64,000 nt of DNA from Candidatus Krumholzibacteriota bacterium. Lineage in GTDB: Bacteria > Krumholzibacteriota > Krumholzibacteriia > JAJRXK01. Every line of letters starts with the position of its first letter. Positions within the stretch are counted from its first letter, which is position 1. This document shows, one piece after another, positions 1-9,398 of this stretch. Both the position numbers and the translations under genes were made by a program. The stretch lies in assembly GCA_963764625.1 (NCBI GenBank), contig CAVXTH010000007.1:32001-96000 (forward strand), read 5' to 3'. The notes below the pieces were generated by a model. The model was given only the letters and a program-made list of their open reading frames with translations. It searched no databases and was not told the origin of the DNA.

Positions 1-393
1 GAGATCGAGGGCTTGCTGCATCGTCGCGGCCTTGGCCGTCGGTGTGGGGTTCGAAGGAGCGCCGGGGACTCCGGCCAACCAGAGCAAGCTCAGGCATGCC
101 GCGGCGGCCCAACCGACCCAGGGACCCAGGCGGAAACGGGCAACTCTCGCCGATTCCGAGCGCCGTTTGTGGGCGGCCGTCTCCCGGAGATCGGCCAATT
201 CCATCGTATTGACCGGGAGCACCGTGCTAGCGACTCCCAGGTTCAGCTCGTTTTGGTCCTTGAGCGAGAGGGCCAGGCGGTGCCAGAGTTCCGGATCCCG
301 CCGGGCTTTCTCCTCGAGTTCGTCCCAAGCGGCCGGTTCGGCGCAGCCGCTCAGTACGCGATGAAAAAGGGTGGCTTCGTGTCTCATCTTCAT
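1..393 (-). CDS. Probable anti-sigma factor (N-terminal domain plus TM helix), runs off the window edge
   Basis: Read manually, not in the ORF track: MKMRHEATLFHRVLSGCAEPAAWDELEEKARRDPELWHRLA...PWVGWAAAACLSLLWLAG. Its ATG overlaps the sigma factor stop (ATGA) and follows AAGGAG. Confidence 0.7.
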   Translation of the reverse strand, partial: MKMRHEATLFHRVLSGCAEPAAWDELEEKARRDPELWHRLALSLKDQNELNLGVASTVLPVNTMELADLRETAAHKRRSESARVARFRLGPWVGWAAAACLSLLWLAGVPGAPSNPTPTAKAATMQQALDL

Positions 394-983
394 TCTCCTT
401 GCCGTGCCATCGCGGCCGAGGCGGCGGGAACGGGGGCGGACAGCTTCTTCCGCAAAAGGCGGCGCGCCCGGACCAAGCGGGTTTCCACTGTGGTCTCGGG
501 CAACTGCAGGCTCTGGGCGATCTTCCTCTGGCTCATGCCCTCCAGAACGCGTAGGAGCAGGGGCTCTTGGTACTCGGTGGGCAGCTCGCGGGCTGCGGCC
601 AGCGCCTTCTGGGCGGCCAGGCCGGCTTCGAGGGCGGCGATGCTGCGCTCGGCGGAGTCGTCGGCGATGGTGTGATGATGGGTTTCGAGGCGGCTGAGGA
701 TCCGGCGTCTCAGGCCCGCTTTTCGTCCCGCCGTACGGGCAGTATTGAGCGCCACCTGCCGTAACCACGGCCGCAGCTTCGCCGGATCCTCCAGACTCTG
801 AATTCCCGCCACCACCTTCAACGCGACCTCCTGCAACAAATCTTCGAGTTCGCCCTCGCGGGGCATGTGCGCCAGAAGAACCACCGCGAGCCAGCGCCGG
901 TGCTCTCTCCACAGCCGATCTAGGGCCGCGGCATCTCCAGCCTGGATTTGCTGGAGGAGCTGGACTTCGGAATTTTGTTCCAT
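390..983 (-). CDS. ECF (sigma-70 group 4) RNA polymerase sigma factor
   Basis: Region 2 (EDLLQEV...WLRQVALNTA) and region 4 (LPTEYQEPLLLRVLEGMSQRKIAQSLQLPETTVETRLVRARRLL) in 197 aa. Confidence 0.92.
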   Translation of the reverse strand: MEQNSEVQLLQQIQAGDAAALDRLWREHRRWLAVVLLAHMPREGELEDLLQEVALKVVAGIQSLEDPAKLRPWLRQVALNTARTAGRKAGLRRRILSRLETHHHTIADDSAERSIAALEAGLAAQKALAAARELPTEYQEPLLLRVLEGMSQRKIAQSLQLPETTVETRLVRARRLLRKKLSAPVPAASAAMARQGE

Positions 984-1181
984 CTATCCACTAGGACGCG
1001 TGAGGAAAAAGGTTCCGTCCAAAAAAATCCGACCTCGACCCAGGAAGTCGCACCGGGCCGGCCGCGACGGTTTCTTGTCCGGCCCCTACTCAGTTCCTAC
1101 TGTGGGGCGAATCCCACGACCGAGATCCAGGAGCGCTCCCCTCGCGACGGACTCCAGTCCCCCAACCCCCAAGAGTGAGCC

Positions 1182-2321
1182 ATGGACTACGATTTCAACG
1201 AACGCGAAACGATGATCCGCGACCTGACCCGTAAGATCGCGAAAGAGAAGGTCTTACCCGTGCGGGCCGAGTTGGACGAAAAGAGCGAGTTTCCAACCGA
1301 GGCCATGGCGGCCATGGCTCAGGCCGATCTCTTCCGGGTGTTCATTCCCGAGGCCTACGAGGGAATCGGCGGGGGATGCATGGAGATCTGCATCGTGGCC
1401 GAAGAGCTGAGCCGGGTCTGCGCCGGGGTGGCCACCACCTATTCCGCCAATGCGTTGGCGGCCCAGCCCATCGTCATTTCGGGCAACGAGGAGCAGAAGC
1501 GCAAGTATCTGTCGCGGATCGCGAGCGGGAAGAGTTTCGCGGCTTTCGCCCTCACCGAGCCCGGGGCAGGAAGCGATGCCGGCGCAATCCAGACCACGGC
1601 CAAGGAGACCGACACCGGCTACGTGCTCAACGGGACCAAGCAGTTCATCACCAACGGGGAAGTCGCCGAGATCTACACCGTGCTGGCCAGCACCGATCCC
1701 TCGCGCGGAGCCCGCGGTCTTAGCGCCTTCATCGTCGAAAAGGGAACGCCTGGTTTTTCCTTCGGTAAGGAGGAAAACAAGATGGGAATCCGCGCGTCGA
1801 AGACCACTGAGCTCATCTTCCAGGACTGCGAAATCCCCAAGGAAAACCTTCTGGGGCGCAAGGGCGCCGGCTTTCTGACCGCGATGAAGACCTTCGACCA
1901 TACCCGCCCCGGGGTGGGAGCCCAGGCGGTGGGGATCGCCCAGGGCGCCCTGGACGAGGCCATCCACTACGCCAAAGAGCGCGAGCAGTTCGGCAAACCC
2001 ATCACCGCCTTCCAGGGAATCCAGTTCATGATCGCGGACATGGCCACCCAGATCGAGGCGGCGCGTGCGCTGGTCTACGCCACCGCCCGCATGATCGACC
2101 GTGGGGTGAAGAACACCGCGCGTGAATCGGCCATGGCCAAGCTCTTTGCCAGCGACATGGCGATGAAAGTGACCACCGATGCGGTGCAGGTCGTCGGGGG
2201 CTACGGCTACATGCGCGACTACCCCATGGAGAAGTTCATGCGGGACGCCAAGATCACCCAGATCTACGAAGGTACGAACCAGATTCAACGCCTCGTGGTG
2301 GCCAACGCGGAACTGAAGTAG
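1182..2321 (+). CDS. Acyl-CoA dehydrogenase (short/branched-chain, butyryl-CoA type)
   Basis: FALTEPGAGSD, NGTKQFITNG, REQFGKPI, QIYEGTNQIQR. Confidence 0.96.
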   Translation: MDYDFNERETMIRDLTRKIAKEKVLPVRAELDEKSEFPTEAMAAMAQADLFRVFIPEAYEGIGGGCMEICIVAEELSRVCAGVATTYSANALAAQPIVISGNEEQKRKYLSRIASGKSFAAFALTEPGAGSDAGAIQTTAKETDTGYVLNGTKQFITNGEVAEIYTVLASTDPSRGARGLSAFIVEKGTPGFSFGKEENKMGIRASKTTELIFQDCEIPKENLLGRKGAGFLTAMKTFDHTRPGVGAQAVGIAQGALDEAIHYAKEREQFGKPITAFQGIQFMIADMATQIEAARALVYATARMIDRGVKNTARESAMAKLFASDMAMKVTTDAVQVVGGYGYMRDYPMEKFMRDAKITQIYEGTNQIQRLVVANAELK

Positions 2322-2376
2322 CTCGTCACCGATACCCTAAGAGACGCGTGGCTCGCCGAGTTGGTGGGCTACGCTC

Positions 2377-3468
2377 TCAACCCAACCAGCCCTTCCTCTT
2401 GAAATACAGAAGCAGGACCACTGCGACCGCGATCATCAGACCGAGCGCGAACGGGTAGCCGAAATACCAATTGAGTTCTGGCAGATTCCAGGGTGATTTC
2501 TCGGTATTGAAGTTCATGCCATAGACACCGGCGATAAACGAGAGTGGAATGAACAGGGTCGCGATGATGGTGAGTACCTTCATGACCTCGTTCATGCGAT
2601 TGCTCACGATGGAAAGATAGAGGTCCATGAGTCCGGAGCTGACGTCGCGATAGGATTCGACGATGTCCATGAGCCGCAGAGCGTGATCGTAACAGTCCCT
2701 GAGATACACTTGCGTCGATTCATCGATCAGGCCGCTTTCATCGCGGGACAGTGAACCCACCAGTTCGCGTAATGGCCAGATGTATCGTCTGAGAGTGGCC
2801 AGATCGCGCTTGACTTCATGCAGTTTCGCGATCGTCGCCTGGTTCTGGTGCTCGAGCACATCGGCCTCGAGTTCTTCGAGCAGATCACCGTAGTGCTCGA
2901 GCAAGGGAAAGTATGCGTCCACGATCGCGTCTAACATGGCATAGGCCAGATAACTGGATGAGCCGCCGCGGATTCTCTGGCGTCCTTCCCTAATGCGCAC
3001 GCGGACCGGTTCCAGGCAATCGCCTTTCTGCTCCTGGAATGTGAGCACGAACCCCGGGCCCAACAGAAGACTGAACTGCTCGGTCTCCAGGGAGTCGTTC
3101 GATCGTAGCATGCGAAGTACGATCAACCGGTGATCTCCGTAGTCATCCACTTTGGGGCGTTGATTCACGTGCACGATGTCTTCGACGGCCAAGAGGTGCA
3201 TGTCGAAGGCGTCAGCGACCCTTTGGATCACCGTTTCATCGCCCAGACCGTCCACGTTGACCCAGGTCACGGCGTGCTCGTGCACCCGCCCACGCAAGGA
3301 CGCGAGATCGGTCACGTCCTCCTCGATGAGATTCTGCTCGTCGTAGGCCACCAGCCGGACCGCGCTGGCGGCAGCGTCGGGGTCCGGGAAGATCGTTCCG
3401 GGCGAGGCACCGACCGGGGCACGGCGCTTGGCTAGGTTCCTGTGCTTCTTGGAGTTGCGTTTCATCAC
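2377..3468 (-). CDS. corA: Magnesium/cobalt transporter CorA
   Basis: YGMNF signature, two C-terminal TM helices, QRPKVD, YLRDCYDH. Confidence 0.95.
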   Translation of the reverse strand: MMKRNSKKHRNLAKRRAPVGASPGTIFPDPDAAASAVRLVAYDEQNLIEEDVTDLASLRGRVHEHAVTWVNVDGLGDETVIQRVADAFDMHLLAVEDIVHVNQRPKVDDYGDHRLIVLRMLRSNDSLETEQFSLLLGPGFVLTFQEQKGDCLEPVRVRIREGRQRIRGGSSSYLAYAMLDAIVDAYFPLLEHYGDLLEELEADVLEHQNQATIAKLHEVKRDLATLRRYIWPLRELVGSLSRDESGLIDESTQVYLRDCYDHALRLMDIVESYRDVSSGLMDLYLSIVSNRMNEVMKVLTIIATLFIPLSFIAGVYGMNFNTEKSPWNLPELNWYFGYPFALGLMIAVAVVLLLYFKRKGWLG

Positions 3469-3882
3469 AGAATCCTCGCGTGGGTAGGTCGAGATTGCCC
3501 TGAATCACCCCGTCTGGGCCCGAGCGCGGAGCGGAGGGAATCATAGCAGAACCACCTCATGAGGAAAGCTCGGGCTGAAATGAGAAAGATCAGCGCTCGA
3601 GGGGGAGGATCCGACGAATTCTCGTCTTTGTAGGAGAGTCCATTGCTCCTTCGGCGCTGGTCCCACCCCGCCGATCGAGTTGGGCTCCCGGGGATGGGGG
3701 GACCACGTGAGGAAAGGGAGCCTCCTCTACGGGGCCGCCCCTCCCCCTCGTTTTCTTCCTCCGCATGGCTCTCCACCCGAGTCGCTAGACGGTTCGACGA
3801 GCCAAGGGGTATCGTCAACGCGTCTGGACTTCACTGTTCACTGACTGATTGATATCTCGATCCTCGCACTGAGGGGTTTCCC

Positions 3883-5214
3883 ATGAATTCCCTGTTTCAC
3901 CAGCGGCAGATTCGGCGCTTTGTCGAACTGCTGGTCCTTACCCTCTGCCTTCCCTGCGTTTTCACCAGCTCATCCCGCGCCGCGGTTTCTCCTGATCAAG
4001 CGGAGCACTTGATCATCTGTCCCGCGGCCTTCGTGCCCCAATTCGAGGTCTTGGCGAATCACCGCACTTTCGTGGCCGACTTGCCCAGCTGTGTGGTGAC
4101 TCTCGAAGATGTCCTGACTAGCGCGCCCGCTGGACGCGATGACGCCGAGACTCTCCGCAACTACCTGATCCAGCAGTATGCACTGGGCCATCTTCGCTAC
4201 GTTCTCTTGGGCGGCGATAGTGGTGTCATGCCGGTGCGCTTTGCGAGGAGCGCCTTCAATCCCTATGGAGGTTATACGGACTTAGAAACGGACCTTTATT
4301 TCGCTTGCCTGGACGGCGATTGGGACGCTGATGGCGATTCTATTTTCGGCGAAGGATATACTACCTACGATGATCCGGGCGACGACGTGGACCTGAGTCC
4401 AGAACTCGCCGTGGGCCGTGCACCCGTCAACTCCATTGCTCAGGCAGAGCGCTTTGTTCAGGGCGTTATTTCGTATGACACCCTGAATCCTGCCCCTCAT
4501 CTCGCATCGGCTGCGATGCTCGCGGAGGTCCTCTTCCCGAGCGATTGGGACGGTACAGAATCGATCAATCTCGATGGAGCAACCTATGCGGAGGACTACG
4601 TGATGGCCTTGGCCACCCATCCCTCTGCACCCATGATCACGCGGATCTACGAAAATTGGAGTGATTATCCTGGATCACAGCCACTGACAACGGCCGCGGC
4701 GCTCTCTACCCTCGACTCGGGAACCTTTGGTCTTCTGTGCTTCTTGGGGGAGGGTAGTCTCACCAGTCTTCCCGCCGGCAATGGCACGTTCTCCATCACT
4801 CAAATCGATGCTTTGACAAACGCACCGCGCTTTTACTTCGCCATCTCTGCGTCAAACAACTCCGCTTCCTTCTTCGACGATTGTGCCTTAGAACATCTGA
4901 TTCTCGCTGCGGACGGTGGATGTGCTGGGGCAATTGGGTTTACCGAACTGGTGCTCGGTACTGAATTCTCCCAGTACACCAAGGAGTTTCTCCAGCAGGT
5001 TGCTGCAGGTACCGGAATTCTCGTGGGAGATGCCATGCGCTCAGTCCTGCAGCACCATGCCCCCAGCTTGCCCTATGAAACTCTCTGGCGGTGGAACAAC
5101 TTGACTTGGTGCCTTTTAGGAGACCCCGCCACTCCCTTTCGGACGGAGTTGTTGCCGATCCCTGCGAAGGCGACGAGTCTGGGCGGTTTGAAGGCGCGGT
5201 TCAGGCGGCGCTAG
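3883..5214 (+). CDS. Secreted peptidase C25 (gingipain-fold) family protein, probably catalytically inactive
   Basis: Signal peptide; YVLLGGD, TDLYFACLDG, LAVGRAPV, LLGDPA. The expected GHG and catalytic Cys positions read GEG and SASNN. Confidence 0.8.
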   Translation: MNSLFHQRQIRRFVELLVLTLCLPCVFTSSSRAAVSPDQAEHLIICPAAFVPQFEVLANHRTFVADLPSCVVTLEDVLTSAPAGRDDAETLRNYLIQQYALGHLRYVLLGGDSGVMPVRFARSAFNPYGGYTDLETDLYFACLDGDWDADGDSIFGEGYTTYDDPGDDVDLSPELAVGRAPVNSIAQAERFVQGVISYDTLNPAPHLASAAMLAEVLFPSDWDGTESINLDGATYAEDYVMALATHPSAPMITRIYENWSDYPGSQPLTTAAALSTLDSGTFGLLCFLGEGSLTSLPAGNGTFSITQIDALTNAPRFYFAISASNNSASFFDDCALEHLILAADGGCAGAIGFTELVLGTEFSQYTKEFLQQVAAGTGILVGDAMRSVLQHHAPSLPYETLWRWNNLTWCLLGDPATPFRTELLPIPAKATSLGGLKARFRRR

Positions 5215-5357
5215 CAAATTCCCCATTTCTTGCGCGGAGAGCTTCGCGCCGAAATGCCTGGCGGATGCAAGTACGGCCAGTGGGGTTCCCTCTTCGCTCG
5301 CGTGCGCCGTATTCTTCCACATGAGGCTCCTCTGACTCTCTCGATGGGAGGCACGTC

Positions 5358-5812
5358 GTGCTTTGCCGGCGATGAGTCGAGCTGGTCGTTCTTGGATTCT
5401 TGCTCCTCGCGAGCCACTGGTTCCTATCCTCCGCCAACGCCGACTGCGGACTGATGGGGGCGTTTCCGACCAATTGCGACACCAAGCTGGAGCTTCCGGC
5501 GGGGGAGACATCCCACAGGGACAGCCGACGGGCCTTCGCACTCGGTTGCTGGGAACTGCTCCCAATCCCTTCAACCCACGCACCCAGATCCGCTTCGAGC
5601 TCGAGCATGCGGCGGACGTACGGCTTCAGATTTTCGACGGGGCGGGACGCCTGGTACGCAGCTGGAGTTGGTTCCAGATGGAGGCCGGACTTCACGCGGT
5701 ACCGTGGGATGCCCGTGATGAGCACGGGAATGCGGTTGCGAGCGGGGTGTACCACCTGCGGCTTCTGACCGGTGGAAAGGCGATAGCCCATCCGATGGCG
5801 CTTCTGCTTTGA
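5358..5812 (+). pseudogene. Internally deleted paralog of the 5966-7511 gene (signal peptide joined to FlgD Ig domain)
   Basis: GTG at 5358 after GGAGG; TGA at 5373; 4-nt deletion near 5502 relative to the paralog; APNPFNPRTQIRFEL...VASGVYHLRL. Confidence 0.7.
5431..5780 (+). repeat. Diverged direct repeat, copy 1 (copy 2 at 7126-7479)
   Basis: Both copies encode ANADCGLMGAFPTNCDTKLE...GVYHLRLLT; many differences are synonymous third-position changes. Confidence 0.9.
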
Positions 5813-5965
5813 AGCTCGGCGCGGTTGCCGCGAAGACGATTCTCTCGAGCTGTCTACCCGGGTAGAACGCGGGCGCGGGCGTTTTAGCGCCAGGGTTGCC
5901 CCTTTGGCTCCTTTTGAGGTACGCTTGCCGGTGGCTCCTCTCACTCGCGAGATTGGAGGCGCGCC

Positions 5966-7511
5966 GTGTTCCCCCGACGCTGCATTGGGCTGTCCCTTCT
6001 CCTGAGCATTCTGATCGTTGCGTTCCCTCGCCTTAACTTCGCCGCGACGCTTCTCGTCCCGAAGACTTTTCGCTCGATGAGGCGCTCGCCAGCGCCGCCC
6101 CGGGCGATACCGTCTCGGTGGCAGGTGGAGCGATCGATCGGGGGTGGTCACCCTGCCTCCGGGGATCGTTCTTCTCTCGCGCGAATCCCAGGGCAATACT
6201 CTGATCCAGCTGCTTGCCTGGAATCTGAGCCTGGCCCTCGAGGTAAGGGGATTTCACTTCGCTCTTTTTCCTGTGCGGATCTTCACATCCAACTGGCACG
6301 GCGTCATCGTGGACAACTCCGAAGTATCGTTCGTCGACTGTCAGTTCATTGGTCCTGGAGTCGTGGGTGGTACTCTCGACGGTTCGGAGTACCCCGGAGT
6401 TGGTGATAGATCGTTTTCCGCTCCAGATCGTCAATGGTTCCACGGTGAGTTTGAATTCCTGTACGTTCCGCATGAATTAATCAATTTCATGTCCTTCCGA
6501 ATGATCCCAGCGCGATCAGTTCCCAGGATTCTTCGCTGGAGATCCTGAATTGCCTATTCGAGGAACAGGATTTCGCGATCGATTCGAATGGTCCCTTGAC
6601 CATCACCGACAGCACCTTTCGCCACTGCAACTGGGCTTTCCTTCGTTCCAGCTGGCCCGCTCTGGATGTTGGGAAACCTCTTCGTGGATTGTGGTCCGTA
6701 CTACTGGGTCGATCGTTACTATTCGACCTCGACCAAGGACCCCTATCCCTACTGCCGGCAGACCAGGAGCATCGTTCTCAGCGGCTCGGTTCATCTCTAT
6801 CGCAACACTTTCGTAGACAATCCAATCCACTTTGGCTTCGATTACTATTGCGATCTGCCCGAGCCCGATCTGCGCCTTCCCCTCGTCACGATCGATTCTT
6901 CTGCCCAGGGCTGGATCCAGCGCAACCTCTTCATCGGTCTCACCGGTCCCGCGGTCGAGGCGCCCGCATCGATCGAGGTGTCGTGCAACGACGCCTGGGA
7001 CGGTTTGGGGCAGTATTGGGTCGGCGGAATCGGCGACGTGACCGGCATCAACGGGAACATCTCCGAGGCGCCGATCTTCTGCGATCGACGCAATGGTGAC
7101 TACACTCTCAGCGTGCAATCTCCGGCCGCCAACGCCGACTGTGGTCTCATGGGTGCTTTTCCCACCAACTGTGATACGAAGTTGGAGATTCCGGCGGACG
7201 GAGGAGACCTTCCGAAGGGGCAGCCGGCGAGCCTGCGGACCCGTTTGCTCGGAGCCGCGCCCAATCCCTTCAACCCGCGTACCGAGATCCGCTTCGAGCT
7301 GGAGCACTCGGGAGACGTGCAGCTGGAGATCTTCGACGTCGCCGGCCGTCTGGTGCGCAGCTGGAGTTGGTCCCAGATGGAAGCCGGGCCTCACGCGGTA
7401 CCGTGGGATGCCCGCGATGCGCACGGGAATGCGGTTGCGAGCGGGGTGTACCACCTGCGGCTCCTGACCGCCGGAAAGGTGATGACTTCGCGCGCGGCGC
7501 TTCTGCGCTGA
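5966..7511 (+). pseudogene. Secreted right-handed beta-helix protein with C-terminal FlgD Ig domain, several frameshifts
   Basis: Signal peptide, then ATLLVP-(shift)-EDFSLDEALASAAPGDTVSV, typical of beta-helix N-termini. Fragments lie at 6144, 6596 and 6666. The C-terminus has NISEAPIFCD...DYTLSVQSPA and PNPFNP. Confidence 0.65.
7126..7479 (+). repeat. Diverged direct repeat, copy 2 (copy 1 at 5431-5780)
   Basis: Aligns with 5431-5780. Confidence 0.9.
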
Positions 7512-7567
7512 GTGAGGTCGTCTGCTGTCGCAGGGAAGCGCGAGCGGTATCGGGAGTGGCCCCGTCC

Positions 7568-9296
7568 TCAGGGCTGCTGGGCCTTCTGGACGGCGGCACG
7601 CAAGAGCGGCGCCCAGCCATCGTCGGGACCGAGCTGCTCGTAGCGCTGCAGTAGCCTCTCCGCGGTTTCCACTTCGTGCAGGGCGAGCGCCACTTGGATC
7701 TCGTCATAGAGCGCACGGAGATAGTGTGGCGAGGAGCTTTCCACTCTCTTCAACAGCGCTTCGGATCGTCGCAGGTGAGCAGTTCGTTCCGCTTCACTCT
7801 GCGCCTTCAAGGAACGCTGATACTCCACGATCGCCAGACCGATGAGGGCTTCGCCGTTGAGGGGATCGTGCTGGAGCGACTCCCGATAGTTCTGCTCGGC
7901 CAGATCCAGTTTCCCTCGCGCCAATTTGAGATGCGCCAGGGCATTGCTCGTTCCGACTGGATCGACTCCGCGGCTGCGTTGCAGGATGAGGGTTTCCTCG
8001 GCCGCCAGCATCTGCGCCTCGCTGGCGCCACTCGTCGCTGCCGCGGCGATTCCCGGGGGCCTCCCGGGAGAAATCCTGCGCCAGGCGAAGGGGCGCGGCC
8101 ACTCCGCTCGGGTACTGAAGATGGAGCTCCTCGGGAGCCACCGGCTGGGTGGTCTCGCCGAGAATCGGATCGGGGAGCTTCGAGCGCAGAAGGGGGGAAA
8201 CGGCGATGAACAGGACCGCCGCGGTCGCCAGGAGAACTTCAAGGGTTCGAGGCCGGGGCCAGCGCGGGAAGTTGACGACTGCCGAGGAGCTTCTCCGTTG
8301 GGCTCGCGCCAAGAGAGCAGCGTAGTACGCCGGGATGTCCTCCTCGTGGAGGTGTCCCCACTGCTTGGGATCCAAGGGGGCATCCAGGAGAGCGACGACT
8401 TCGGCCAAGGCACGACGGGCGTTCGCGTCGCGGCTCAGCAACTCCATGCGACGTGCGGTCGTCGTCTCGTCCAGCTCTCCCAGCACGAACCCGAGGATCT
8501 CCTCGGAATCACGCCACCCATCGCCGGAGGGACCCCCGGGCTCAAAGTGGCCGTCATCGATCGAACGGGAACGAGCGCCGGGTCCTCCAAAATGCCTTTG
8601 GAGGACCATGCGACCCCGCTCGATCACTTTCTCCACGCCGCCCCGGCTCAATTCGAAGCTGGCGATCGAGGCAATGCGCGCGGCAGAGAGCTGTTCCATG
8701 AACGCCAGGTTGCAGATGGCGATGTCCCGTTCACACGTGGAATGTTCACTCCAGTTCTTACGCAGAATCGGAGTGATCTGCTCTTTGATCTGCTGTACGT
8801 GAGTCCAGTTGTCGGGAGTCATCGCGCCGTCTTCGACCTGCGCGAGAACGAATTCGAGCCTATCTCCATCCAGCTGTGCGATTCTGGGACGCTTGATCCT
8901 GCTTTTCGCGTTGAGTCTGTCCCGCACCGTGTTTACGGCGGTCTGCCGCAAATACATGTGAAATTCGCCTTCACTGCGATTCGGGTGCTCGCGGAGGTGC
9001 TTTCGATCGTCGCGCAAGAGTTTGACCCAGCTTTCTTGGCCGACATCCTCGACGTCTTCAAGGGTGTACTTGCCGGGCGCGAGAAGGTGGAAGGTCCCTC
9101 GCGCGGCCTTTCGTACCACCGGATGGAAGCGGCGGATGAGCTCGTTCCATGCCCCCTGGTCCTTCGACTCGACGCAACGCGCGTACAGAGTTGAAAAGGG
9201 GGTGTCCTTGCCGCAGTCCACGCTGGCTCCCACGAGAAGACGATTGTGTTCATTCCCGGAAGAAGCCAGTTTGCTGGCAGACTCAGGGGCCGTCAA
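7568..9296 (-). CDS. ECF sigma factor fused to anti-sigma-like domain, TM helix and extracytoplasmic TPR domain; one frameshift near 8040
   Basis: ORF 7794-9296 has sigma2 (AWNELIRRF, EDVEDVGQESWVKL, YLRQTAVNTVRD), sigma4 (LAFMEQLSAARIA...VEKVIERGRMVL), an ASD-like segment (EEILGFVLGELD) and a TM helix (LEVLLATAAVLFIAVSPLL). The overlapping frame ending at 7568 has TPRs (LAHLKLARGKLDLAEQNYRESLQHDPLNGEALIGLA). The start codon is uncertain. Confidence 0.75.
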
Positions 9297-9398
9297 GACG
9301 GGCCCTGGTCATTGCCTCTACACTCAAGACGAGAATACGTGGATAATTCCTAGTGAGTTTTCGGTTTTATCCAGATCCCGCGATCAACGCATGAGGAC

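Noticed and set aside
995-1016. Autoregulatory ECF promoter GGAACC...CGTC (minus strand) upstream of the first sigma gene
   Set aside because: The elements look right, but the 12-nt spacer is shorter than typical ECF promoters, so it cannot be supported without TSS data.
3555-3800. RNase P RNA or other ncRNA in the corA-C25 intergenic region (GAGGAAAGCTCGGGC)
   Set aside because: It resembles the RNase P 5' motif GAGGAAAGTCC, but the matching 3' ACAGAA-CCGGCTTA element is absent. No riboswitch consensus was recognised.
5431-7479. 350-bp repeat pair as a diversity-generating retroelement TR/VR
   Set aside because: Differences are largely synonymous third-position changes rather than adenine-specific, and there is no reverse transcriptase in the window. 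This is ordinary paralogy.
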